Shown here one piece after another: positions 1 to 8,106 of a stretch of DNA of 61,497 nt. The notes below the pieces were generated by a model. The model worked only from the letters and a program-made list of their open reading frames with translations, was not told the origin of the DNA and did no database searches. The stretch spans positions 1-61,497 of IMG/VR virus record IMGVR_UViG_3300030104_001836, one strand, 5' to 3'. Every line of letters starts with the position of its first letter. Within the stretch, counting starts at the first letter, position 1. Source of the stretch: a virus. Lineage: Duplodnaviria; Caudoviricetes. A program made the translations under genes and the position numbers.

Positions 1-1
1 G

Positions 2-99
2 TTCTTATAATATGAATAAAGAAGTAGAAGCAATAATTAAAACTGTTTGTGAAGAAACAAACATAACCTTTGTTGAGTTGTGTAGTAAAAGGAGGTCTG
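2..99. repeat. Terminal direct repeat, left copy (98 bp; circular assembly overlap)
   Basis: 2-99 is identical to 61400-61497. Confidence 0.95.
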
Positions 100-329
100 G
101 TAAGTTAACTAAGGCTAGAATTATATTTGTTATTTTATGTCAAAAAATATTAGGTAGTTCTTTGGCAGAAATAGGAGAGTACATATCTAAAAATCATGCT
201 ACAATATCAAGGTATGAAAAGAGGTATGACGAGGAAAATTGGGAGAATGCTTTTATAAGCAATAAAACAAATTACTTTGATACGCTCTATAAAAAAACAG
301 TAAAGGAAATTAGCAATGGAAGAGTCTAA
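12..329 (+). CDS. DnaA C-terminal (domain IV)-like HTH protein
   Basis: IIKTVCE..ITFVELCSKRRSGKLTKARIIF..SLAEIGEYISKNHATI matches the Bac_DnaA_C pattern; GGAGG SD across the circular junction. Confidence 0.75.
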   Translation: MNKEVEAIIKTVCEETNITFVELCSKRRSGKLTKARIIFVILCQKILGSSLAEIGEYISKNHATISRYEKRYDEENWENAFISNKTNYFDTLYKKTVKEISNGRV

Positions 330-744
330 AGGATTTTCTAAAGATGCAATAGTTAGAATTAATAATGAAAGGGATAATGTAGTGACTAAAAGAATATTAA
401 AAATAATTGAAGATAAAGAAGGAGAAATTAATCCTATTACAAATTTACATGAGTCTCCAGTTTATCATATTATGTTTGATGATGCCACAGAGAGAAAATT
501 ATTTCGTCATAAGATGATTGAATATTTGTCAATGGCTTATGGTAAATCTGTACAAAAATTTAAAAAAGTAATTGTTATAACAGATGTAAGCAGTACAGTT
601 GTCTGGGTAGTTGTTACCCAAGATTATCAATTAGATGTATTGCCACCACCTAAATTTTATAGAAAAATAGAAGATGGTCACAGTAATAGAGATTTAGAAA
701 TTAATAGAAAGTTTCAATGGAATTACGAAAAAGCAAACCAATGA
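316..744 (+). CDS. hypothetical protein
   Basis: 142-aa ORF overlapping the previous gene, AAGGA SD. Confidence 0.7.
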   Translation: MEESKGFSKDAIVRINNERDNVVTKRILKIIEDKEGEINPITNLHESPVYHIMFDDATERKLFRHKMIEYLSMAYGKSVQKFKKVIVITDVSSTVVWVVVTQDYQLDVLPPPKFYRKIEDGHSNRDLEINRKFQWNYEKANQ

Positions 745-965
745 GAGTTAAAATATTTAGTGGTTTAGATTTAGTTTTTACTAAAGATTTTCCTCAAAAT
801 AAAACTTATGAAGGAGCTTCTATGTCACTTGAATTTGATAATAACATTAAAACAAAAAATCCAAAAATTACAAAATCTAAATTTGAAACAGAAGAAGTAG
901 AGTTTTGTGAATACGAAGGGTATGACAAAGAAAATAAAAAATACAAAGTAATAATGACAAAATGA
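741..965 (+). CDS. hypothetical protein
   Basis: ORF 717..965; ATGA-coupled start MRVKIF at 741 is more likely. Confidence 0.6.
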   Translation: MRVKIFSGLDLVFTKDFPQNKTYEGASMSLEFDNNIKTKNPKITKSKFETEEVEFCEYEGYDKENKKYKVIMTK

Positions 966-1228
966 AAGTACATGAATACAATATTGGCACACCCATGTGG
1001 TCTAGCCAAAGCATAGGTTTATCTGAGAGTCGAATTAACAGACATCAGATTTTAGATGTTTCCATACTTCATAAGGATGCTTATGGAAATAGGACATTTC
1101 CAGACAAATATCGAGTAACAAAAAAATTTGCAGAGAAATATCCAAAACGAACATTTAAAAATATGAGAGAACAAATGTATGTTATCCCAATAGATGATCT
1201 ACCTGTCTCTCCAGAGGAGGACAAATGA
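962..1228 (+). CDS. hypothetical protein
   Basis: 88-aa ORF with ATGA coupling. Confidence 0.7.
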   Translation: MKVHEYNIGTPMWSSQSIGLSESRINRHQILDVSILHKDAYGNRTFPDKYRVTKKFAEKYPKRTFKNMREQMYVIPIDDLPVSPEEDK

Positions 1229-1244
1229 CATAGCTGAATTTTTT

Positions 1245-1308
1245 AGACGGCAGGTCTTGGTACTCCCTTTCTTTTTATTTATACAAATCCAAGACTTGTC
1301 GTTTTTTT
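1245..1308 (+). terminator. Long hairpin plus U-tract ending the plus-strand operon; possible sRNA
   Basis: 1245-1260 pairs with 1289-1304 (16 bp, 3 G-U), 28-nt loop, then a T run. Confidence 0.65.
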
Positions 1309-1511
1309 GTTTTCCCACCAACCTCCCCGTGCTCTCTTATCTATTTTATATGCTATTAGAGCTTTCTCCGGCCAAACTTTTTCAAAATGCTTTTAAACCC
1401 ATAAAAATTAACGCTGGTTAAGTTTTTATAGTTCTGTAGTGCAATCACACCAAAGACATTTAATTTAAGCATTTACGATACCTTTATGTTATGTTTTTTT
1501 AAGTTTTAGAC

Positions 1512-1544
1512 AAAAAAAAATGTCGCCACACCGAAGCATGACGA
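1512..1544 (-). terminator. Rho-independent terminator of the late operon
   Basis: Minus strand TCGTCATGC-TTCG-GTGTGGCGA (cUUCGg loop) then T9, directly after the last late gene. Confidence 0.85.
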
Positions 1545-1823
1545 TTAAATTAATTCCTTATAAGAAACTGTTAAATATTCGATTGTAACACCCCAAGATT
1601 TTGGAATAGCTATTTCTCCACCACCATGATTGTCATCTTTATCTGTACACCATGATCGCATAATAACTATTCTTTCTTTATCATTAACAATCATCCATCC
1701 TACTTCTTGACAAATAGCTAATCGTGCCTTTTGAATTTCTTCAAAAGATTTCCAACCTGTTTCTGCATCACGAGCATCTTTCCAAGTTAAACGAACCATT
1801 GGATATTTATTAATGTCTACCAT
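1545..1823 (-). CDS. hypothetical phage protein
   Basis: 92-aa ORF coupled to the upstream ORF. Confidence 0.75.
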   Translation of the reverse strand: MVDINKYPMVRLTWKDARDAETGWKSFEEIQKARLAICQEVGWMIVNDKERIVIMRSWCTDKDDNHGGGEIAIPKSWGVTIEYLTVSYKELI

Positions 1824-1963
1824 TACAATCTTACTAAACCTACTTTGTTACCATAAATTAATGACGGGCCTTTCTTTTTTACTTTCTTTTTCTTTTTCTT
1901 TTTTTGTCTTTTTGTTGGTTTTCTTTTAGTTGTCATTGGTAATTTTGAACGAGATATAACCAT
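1823..1963 (-). CDS. Lys-rich microprotein (46 aa), not in ORF track
   Basis: MVISRSKLPMTTKRKPTKRQKKKKKKKVKKKGPSLIYGNKVGLVRL; TAATG coupling at both ends. Confidence 0.7.
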   Translation of the reverse strand: MVISRSKLPMTTKRKPTKRQKKKKKKKVKKKGPSLIYGNKVGLVRL

Positions 1964-3672
1964 TAAAAACCTTTCATTTTAAAACCAGATAATCCTTTAC
2001 CATCTACCATTCCGCCTTGAGAAAAATATTGTTGAGGATTACCTATGTAATTTGTTGAACCACCATATGGTGCACCACCAAATAAAAATTCTTGTGCTGT
2101 TGGATCATAAAAACCACCAGCTAATTGCATTTGTTCTGGCCCACCTGTGTAATTAGGTACAAAACCTTCGTCTTGTCTATATTGACGAACAAGACTATAA
2201 TCTGGAAGTGTTGTAGTAGTAGTGTCATCTTGTTCACCACCACCGCCACCTCCACCTCCACCAGTATTAATACCAGCATTATTTTGTTGTGATTCACCAG
2301 TCATTGGGTTTTTACCCATACGATCAAGTTCCATACGAGCATTAAATATTTGTTGTTTTAAAAAAGGATCACTTACAGATCCAGCATCTAAACCAGCTAA
2401 GTCTGCTAAACCACCAGAGGTTGCAGGGGGTGGATTTATTTTATAATAATCAGCTTGAGTACCATAATAATTTTTATCAAAGTTTTTATTACCAATGTTA
2501 GCACCAACTAAAACATCTTCAAATTCTTGGATTGAAGGATTTTTGTAATTACCTTTTCCTCCTTTTCCTTCTGTAAATAAATCAGTAAAACCTTCTGGAT
2601 TTTTTTCAATAATTCTATTTATATATTCTTGTTTTAATTTTGCTGTTTCTTCCGCAGTTTTACCTGTTATTGAATTAAGTTTATTTAATATGCTTGCCGC
2701 TCCTGCCGAACCAAGAAATTTATTTTCATAAGCTGGTGTTTTTAATGCACTTTTAAGTAAATTAAATGTAAAAAAATCAGATATTTTCATATCACTAAGT
2801 TGATTTAAGTTTTCAGCCGCAAACTTTTCTTCAGCCGCACCTAAACCTTTTATGGCACTAATAATATCTTTTTCTGGTACTCCTTGACCTATTAATCTTC
2901 TGTAAGCACCATACATTTTACCACTTACTTCACCTACACCTTGTATAAAATATTTTGTTTTACCATCTTTTGTTTCTTTTCTAGTTTCATCATCATCATC
3001 ATCATCATCATCAAATTTCATTTCAGTATCATCATCACTACCATCACCTTTACCTGTGCCATCACCTATGCTAAATTCACCTTCATTTACACCACCTGCA
3101 CCTGCTAGAGTTCCACCTACTGGTTTTCCACCTATATTTGAAATACCCGCATTTAGCATAGTTGCGGCCGCATATTGATTTGGATCCATTGGGGTAGATA
3201 CACCAGATAAATATGATGAGCCACCCGGAATAGGATCATTATTTGGTTTAACATAATTTAATCCTTGTTGTAATCCGGGGTCAACTGTATTTGGTTGAGT
3301 TGCATTATAAATTGATTGTCCAACACTGCTAGTTCCAGAACTAGAACCAGAACCTTGACCACTACCTATTGTAGAATAATCTGCTCCTCCACCATGAGGA
3401 CTACCACTACTAATAACATTAGAAGAAAAAGGTGTACTGCTAATTTTTTCTTCTCCAATTGCAGTGTCCTCTGCACCCATACCATCTAAACTAATAATAC
3501 CTTTTGGCCCCATGTTAGGTTTACCATTCATTGATCCATGTATGTTTGCTTGTACAAGCATATCAATTTCTGGTTGCGTTATATAAGCTAACTGTGTGTC
3601 TGGTGCATCTGGAGATGACTTCCATCTTACAGGTGCTTTAACCTCTTTTGTTTTTCCTAAATAATTTTTCAT
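1963..3672 (-). CDS. Gly-rich low-complexity protein, putative internal virion protein
   Basis: 569 aa; N-terminal LAYITQPEIDML..GPKGIISL, poly-D and poly-G tracts, C-terminal SQGGMV. Confidence 0.6.
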   Translation of the reverse strand: MKNYLGKTKEVKAPVRWKSSPDAPDTQLAYITQPEIDMLVQANIHGSMNGKPNMGPKGIISLDGMGAEDTAIGEEKISSTPFSSNVISSGSPHGGGADYSTIGSGQGSGSSSGTSSVGQSIYNATQPNTVDPGLQQGLNYVKPNNDPIPGGSSYLSGVSTPMDPNQYAAATMLNAGISNIGGKPVGGTLAGAGGVNEGEFSIGDGTGKGDGSDDDTEMKFDDDDDDDDETRKETKDGKTKYFIQGVGEVSGKMYGAYRRLIGQGVPEKDIISAIKGLGAAEEKFAAENLNQLSDMKISDFFTFNLLKSALKTPAYENKFLGSAGAASILNKLNSITGKTAEETAKLKQEYINRIIEKNPEGFTDLFTEGKGGKGNYKNPSIQEFEDVLVGANIGNKNFDKNYYGTQADYYKINPPPATSGGLADLAGLDAGSVSDPFLKQQIFNARMELDRMGKNPMTGESQQNNAGINTGGGGGGGGGEQDDTTTTTLPDYSLVRQYRQDEGFVPNYTGGPEQMQLAGGFYDPTAQEFLFGGAPYGGSTNYIGNPQQYFSQGGMVDGKGLSGFKMKGF

Positions 3673-3836
3673 TTCTTCTCTTTCTTGTTTTTGGGTTTGG
3701 TATCACTCTTTCCTTTAGTCATTAAATCGTTGACAATTAAAGCCATTGTTTTTTTATCCAATGGCTTAAATTTGTCTGACTTTTTTTTAGTCTTGAGTCT
3801 TCTGCCAGAAGAAATACGAGATGGTTCTCTTTGCAT
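3669..3836 (-). CDS. basic microprotein (55 aa), not in ORF track
   Basis: MQREPSRISSGRRLKTKKK...; start/stop overlaps at both ends. Confidence 0.6.
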   Translation of the reverse strand: MQREPSRISSGRRLKTKKKSDKFKPLDKKTMALIVNDLMTKGKSDTKPKNKKEKK

Positions 3837-3973
3837 TATTTCTTCTTTGCTTTTTTCTTTGCTCTTTTTTTCATGGATTTCTTTTTACCTTTGACCATTC
3901 CGCCTCCACGCATCATAGTCATGTTTTTATCCATCATCATTTTTGCTCTTTTTTTTGGTGATTTTCCAACCAT
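3836..3973 (-). CDS. Lys/Met-rich microprotein (45 aa), not in ORF track
   Basis: MVGKSPKKRAKMMMDKNMTMMRGGGMVKGKKKSMKKRAKKKAKKK; AGGAG SD. Confidence 0.7.
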   Translation of the reverse strand: MVGKSPKKRAKMMMDKNMTMMRGGGMVKGKKKSMKKRAKKKAKKK

Positions 3974-4503
3974 ATTTTATTTCTCCTATAAGTTTGTCTT
4001 AATAATACAGTATCTTGATAGTATTCTTTATTCCACTTATCATAATACCCTTGTTTATGAAGATCGCTTGATGCTTTCTCCAGCTCTTTAAAAGGCTGAA
4101 TGAGAACCATATAAAATTCATTCTCTAATTCAAAATCACCTTCTAAAAATTCTACTTCTTCCTCGCCTTCATCATCTGGATGAAAAGGCATAAGGTATAC
4201 ATCATCCATTACAAATGTATGGTTTAATGCATTAATGTAACAACTTAGCTCATCTATTGTAATATTCATATCATCAGAAGCTACAATAATAAGTTTTTTA
4301 TTTTGTTCTTGTATTGTTCTTGCTTCCTTTACAACAGTAAACAAATAATCTTTTGCATTTTTTACCTCAACAATTTTTACTTGATCTTTTAATCGAGCTT
4401 GTTTTGCATAAGGACAAATAGGCCAATCATTAAGTTTGTTGCTTTTCTTTTCAACAAAATTAATTGACCAATTTAATATATCTTTTGTTATTTTTTTTCG
4501 CAC
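3937..4503 (-). CDS. DUF1415-like protein
   Basis: WPICPYAK and MPFHPD motifs. Confidence 0.55.
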   Translation of the reverse strand: MRKKITKDILNWSINFVEKKSNKLNDWPICPYAKQARLKDQVKIVEVKNAKDYLFTVVKEARTIQEQNKKLIIVASDDMNITIDELSCYINALNHTFVMDDVYLMPFHPDDEGEEEVEFLEGDFELENEFYMVLIQPFKELEKASSDLHKQGYYDKWNKEYYQDTVLLRQTYRRNKIWLENHQKKEQK

Positions 4504-4652
4504 TCACAAACCGTTTTACCACAATTACATTTAGGTTTTTCTTTTGTATTATTAGTTGTTAACATATTAATTAATTGATTAACCTCTGCCCATGGTTTTT
4601 TACTTAAATAATTTAATAAAATATTTAATTCATTTTCATTAAGTGTTTTCAT
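4488..4652 (-). CDS. small protein with Cys-rich C-terminus (54 aa), not in ORF track
   Basis: MKTLNENEL...KPKCNCGKTVCECEKK fills the gap; AAGGA SD. Confidence 0.6.
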   Translation of the reverse strand: MKTLNENELNILLNYLSKKPWAEVNQLINMLTTNNTKEKPKCNCGKTVCECEKK

Positions 4653-4851
4653 TTCTTTCCTTTATTACCCTTTCTAAATCATCTTCGTGACAAACAATCC
4701 AAAAACCTTTTCTATGTTTTTGACACAAAGTTAACACAGTTGTTTTGTTTTCTGCATCAGCTAATTTTTTTGTAGCATCCCATAAAGAAATAACAGAATG
4801 TTTTTTTCTTTCTTCTTTTTTAACTAATAAATTTAAGTTTATATTATGCAT
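4639..4851 (-). CDS. hypothetical protein
   Basis: 70-aa coupled ORF. Confidence 0.6.
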   Translation of the reverse strand: MHNINLNLLVKKEERKKHSVISLWDATKKLADAENKTTVLTLCQKHRKGFWIVCHEDDLERVIKERNENT

Positions 4852-5123
4852 TAATGTACAGTTGTGCTTGTTTCCATTTGACTTAATAATTTTGTTTTAT
4901 GCATTTCTTCAATAGGTGTTATATTGTGTGATAATATTTCTCCAAATATATTATCTCTTATAACATCTAAAAAAGTTTTACATTTATCGTATGGATATTT
5001 ATCTCTAACAACAAAAGACATAAGTTGTACGGGAAATTCACCATCTGTATCTTCTGGTCTTTCTACAGCAGAATAAATAATGTCTAAAGTTATATACTCG
5101 TTATCTTTTTTTTCAATTTTCAT
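4851..5123 (-). CDS. hypothetical protein
   Basis: 90-aa coupled ORF. Confidence 0.65.
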   Translation of the reverse strand: MKIEKKDNEYITLDIIYSAVERPEDTDGEFPVQLMSFVVRDKYPYDKCKTFLDVIRDNIFGEILSHNITPIEEMHKTKLLSQMETSTTVH

Positions 5124-5367
5124 ATTTATCTTCTATAATTTTATAAATTTTTAAGTTACCTTCTGCATCTGGTTTTAGTTCTGCTTTAACTTGACCACAT
5201 TCATACCGAATAGTATTAACTCTATTATCTGAAAGGTTACGTTCAGCTTCACGTTTTGCTTTTAAACATTTTGATAAGCCATCTGTCATCATATGGCCGT
5301 CAAGCGACCCATTGACAAACATACACAAAGAAAACACTGTGGCGATTGTGCTAGTGATTGGTTCCAT
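5113..5367 (-). CDS. small Cys-containing protein, lysis-cassette associated
   Basis: Hydrophobic N-terminus, CLKAK...YEC. Confidence 0.6.
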   Translation of the reverse strand: MEPITSTIATVFSLCMFVNGSLDGHMMTDGLSKCLKAKREAERNLSDNRVNTIRYECGQVKAELKPDAEGNLKIYKIIEDKYEN

Positions 5368-5749
5368 TTTTATTTTCCCTTACTTTATCTTTTAATTTTT
5401 CTACATCTTTTTGTAGTTTTAACACTTGGTCTTTTAAAAAATTTATATTTACGGTGTTAGACATCATCGATTCCATTTCAGATTGTAACTTTTCTTGAGT
5501 AGCAGAAATAAATTCCACTAACATGAATAATTCATTAATTTGAGGTGAAACCATATCACCTTTAGGAACACCAATAATAAATTCATTAGCGGCTGTTAAA
5601 TCTTTTTCTGTTAAAACTAATGAAGTTTCTACTTGCGTTAGTCTAGCTATTACACCAAAATACGCCCACGTTCCTACAGCAACCAACGTGATTAGGCTAG
5701 CAACCGTTTTAAGTGGCATCTGCACATTAGTGCTCTCAGATACTTTCAC
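5351..5749 (-). CDS. N-terminal TM plus coiled-coil protein (spanin-like architecture)
   Basis: TM VASLITLVAVGTWAYFGVI followed by heptad-like region. Confidence 0.55.
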   Translation of the reverse strand: MKVSESTNVQMPLKTVASLITLVAVGTWAYFGVIARLTQVETSLVLTEKDLTAANEFIIGVPKGDMVSPQINELFMLVEFISATQEKLQSEMESMMSNTVNINFLKDQVLKLQKDVEKLKDKVRENKNGTNH

Positions 5750-5970
5750 GACTCTTTATTTTCTGTTTTAGTTTGTCTAGTTCCTCCTACATACAAACCA
5801 AACCATGCCGCTCCAGCACCAACAACCACAGAAACAAAAGCTGATTGTGCATTCGTTGGGTCTGGTAACTGCATAAACCATTCAGTTGTTCTGTAAAAAG
5901 AAAAACCATACAATGTAATTAATAAACGTGGAAATATTCTCCATGCTGTTAATCTTTGCGGTGTAATCAT
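5746..5970 (-). CDS. two-TM membrane protein (holin-like)
   Basis: WRIFPRLLITLYG and AFVSVVVGAGAAWFGLY. Confidence 0.55.
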   Translation of the reverse strand: MITPQRLTAWRIFPRLLITLYGFSFYRTTEWFMQLPDPTNAQSAFVSVVVGAGAAWFGLYVGGTRQTKTENKES

Positions 5971-6362
5971 TTCTTTTTAAATTGTGCCAGACCTGCTTTA
6001 CCAAATCTGTATCCAAATGAACTACCAATACAAACATATAAACAAGTAGCAAACCAAGATGGAGTGCTTTCTTCAAGAAAAATAAAACCTTCTTTTACAT
6101 ACATTTGAGTCCAAGGCAGAAAACAACAAATCAAAATTCCGCCAAAGATGACTGTCCAAAATTCATCTTTATACGACCCTTTCATTTGGTCTACGGCTGA
6201 TGCTTCCCAAGAAACCTCACCTGCTATTTGTTGCTGACGCAATTTAGTTTTAGCTTGTATTTCTGTAAGTTTAGCCTCTTGCTTAATTCGTTTTGTTTCT
6301 ACGAAGCCAGTTACTGCTTGCCCGGCAACACCGAGCAAGGGTTTTAATAATAAGTTTAACAT
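5967..6362 (-). CDS. 3TM (GTA-type) holin-like protein
   Basis: SYKDEFWT, TM helices, SFGYR and a basic tail; next to the endolysin. Confidence 0.65.
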   Translation of the reverse strand: MLNLLLKPLLGVAGQAVTGFVETKRIKQEAKLTEIQAKTKLRQQQIAGEVSWEASAVDQMKGSYKDEFWTVIFGGILICCFLPWTQMYVKEGFIFLEESTPSWFATCLYVCIGSSFGYRFGKAGLAQFKKK

Positions 6363-6469
6363 TAGAATATTTGTCCCCAGATAATAACAACAACTATAGC
6401 TATAACTGCAACAGTTCCTATCTTACCTTTTTTGGATAAACCATTCCACATTGATTTAATTTTTTCCAT
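6362..6469 (-). CDS. 35-aa single-TM peptide, not in ORF track
   Basis: MEKIKSMWNGLSKKGKIGTVAVIAIVVVIIWGQIF; AAGGAG SD. Confidence 0.7.
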   Translation of the reverse strand: MEKIKSMWNGLSKKGKIGTVAVIAIVVVIIWGQIF

Positions 6470-6480
6470 ATTTTCTCCTT

Positions 6481-6891
6481 TTATTTTACATCATTAAAAA
6501 AAAGATGACCCCCATGATCATAAACAGGTTCTTTACCTTCTGCCCACTTAGGTGGACTTTTCATTGATTTAGCATAATAATGTGTTGATCCTTTTGTTGG
6601 ATCATCATACATTCCACTAATCACTTTAGCTGATAATTCTAAATAATCTTCTAAATCATTTAACTTTAAAGCTAAAATTTTATTTCTATTAGGATCGTTT
6701 TCATTCCAACATGAAAACTGCCATTTTTTTAAACAGACATCTTTAATAGTTTTACCCATCCAAGTTTGTTTGTCTCTTCTATTTTTTATAACATGACCTA
6801 CAGCAATCTTGCCTTGCTCATCTTCTCCACGAGCTTCTCCCCATATGGTTCTAGCCATGTATTCTATATTTTCACTAACTCCCTCAAGCAT
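6481..6891 (-). CDS. SleB/Hydrolase_2 cell wall hydrolase (endolysin)
   Basis: ARTIWGEARGE, AVGHVIKNR, QFSCWN, DPTKGSTHYY, GGHLFF. Confidence 0.92.
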   Translation of the reverse strand: MLEGVSENIEYMARTIWGEARGEDEQGKIAVGHVIKNRRDKQTWMGKTIKDVCLKKWQFSCWNENDPNRNKILALKLNDLEDYLELSAKVISGMYDDPTKGSTHYYAKSMKSPPKWAEGKEPVYDHGGHLFFNDVK

Positions 6892-7114
6892 TTTTTTTTA
6901 CCTTTTCAATTAATATTTTTAAATACCATTCTGCTTTTTCTAAAGATTGATACTTTGGTTCTTTTGATATGTGATCATAACGTAATAAATATTTAAGAAT
7001 ATTTCCTTTTAAATACCCTTGAAACTGTACGTCAGACAAAGTATTTTCTAAAACAGATATGACTTCTTGTTTACCATTTGTATAATGATCTGGATGATTA
7101 ACTGGATCAGACAT
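6884..7114 (-). CDS. DUF3310 (T7 gp1.7/SaV-like) protein
   Basis: DPVNHPDHY, GYLKGNILKYLLR, LEKAEWYL; likely start MSDPV. Confidence 0.85.
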   Translation of the reverse strand: MSDPVNHPDHYTNGKQEVISVLENTLSDVQFQGYLKGNILKYLLRYDHISKEPKYQSLEKAEWYLKILIEKVKKNA

Positions 7115-7814
7115 GAACTTTGCCATCCCAAGTACCACCTTTTTTTAGAACCATAGGTACAATATGTGGTATACCATCAGTAATAACAGCACAAGATAAC
7201 ACAGGTCTTTTAACGGCAACTCTGCTGTATTTAAAAGCTAAATTATCTTTATCTATTAAACATCCTACATTCATTGCCCACATTAATTTCTCTGGACTAG
7301 ATATGTAATTTATAACAGCTCTCGTATGATAATGAGCTTGTACCACATTCATTGATACTGCCGCACATACTTGTAAAACATTTGAAGATTGCTGATGAAC
7401 AAAATATATTTTTTCACCATTACTAGCTTCTAATGTTAAAGTGTGATGCCATGTCCATTTATTACTTACACCTAACATTTCATTGTATGGTTTAAGTAGT
7501 TCAACAGGTATCTTAGCTGTATTAGCTTTACGAAAAGCCATACTTCCATGATTAGATTCAAGAAGATATAACTTAGGAAATATTTTTTCTAATTCCTTAA
7601 TTATTTTTCTTCCTTTTTCTAACTCAATAGCAGGCGAGTCAAGTTCTGTAGATGACTCGTGATATGATGAAGCTGAGTAGTCTAGCTCATCGCCCATATT
7701 TACAACACAATCCGGCTTGTATTGTTTATTAATTTTCTTAATAAAATCTAACGCTTCGGGGTGACAGTACGGAGCGTGGAGGTCAGAGATTACAAAAATT
7801 CTTTTGTATCCCAT
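7107..7814 (-). CDS. calcineurin-like metallophosphoesterase
   Basis: SDLH, GDELD, SNH, AHYH motifs. Confidence 0.85.
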   Translation of the reverse strand: MGYKRIFVISDLHAPYCHPEALDFIKKINKQYKPDCVVNMGDELDYSASSYHESSTELDSPAIELEKGRKIIKELEKIFPKLYLLESNHGSMAFRKANTAKIPVELLKPYNEMLGVSNKWTWHHTLTLEASNGEKIYFVHQQSSNVLQVCAAVSMNVVQAHYHTRAVINYISSPEKLMWAMNVGCLIDKDNLAFKYSRVAVKRPVLSCAVITDGIPHIVPMVLKKGGTWDGKVHV

Positions 7815-7865
7815 ATTTTTCCTTTGTTAAAAAATTATAGGTGATTAAAATTGATTTGACAACAC

Positions 7866-8099
7866 CTATTTAAAAAAACTTTTAAATCCTAAAGCAACCA
7901 AAGACACTACACCAGATATAACTAATCCCCATATAATAAGCCGTATCCTAAAAGATACCTTTTCATGCAATACCCTTTGAGTACGAAGGTATATAAAATC
8001 CCTTTGTGCCTCTTGTATTTCTGCTGGATTTAAGCCAAATTTTTCTAATACTTCTTCTATAGTTTCCTCAACTACTTCTTTAACTTCATGTTTTTCCAT
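7866..8099 (-). CDS. small C-terminal-TM protein
   Basis: IRLIIWGLVISGVVSLVALGF. Confidence 0.65.
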   Translation of the reverse strand: MEKHEVKEVVEETIEEVLEKFGLNPAEIQEAQRDFIYLRTQRVLHEKVSFRIRLIIWGLVISGVVSLVALGFKSFFK

Positions 8100-8106
8100 A
8101 AATATC

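Noticed and set aside
1194-1421. 75-aa ORF
   Set aside because: Runs through a terminator hairpin; no good start
2987-3013. TCA trinucleotide repeat
   Set aside because: Simply encodes a poly-Asp tract
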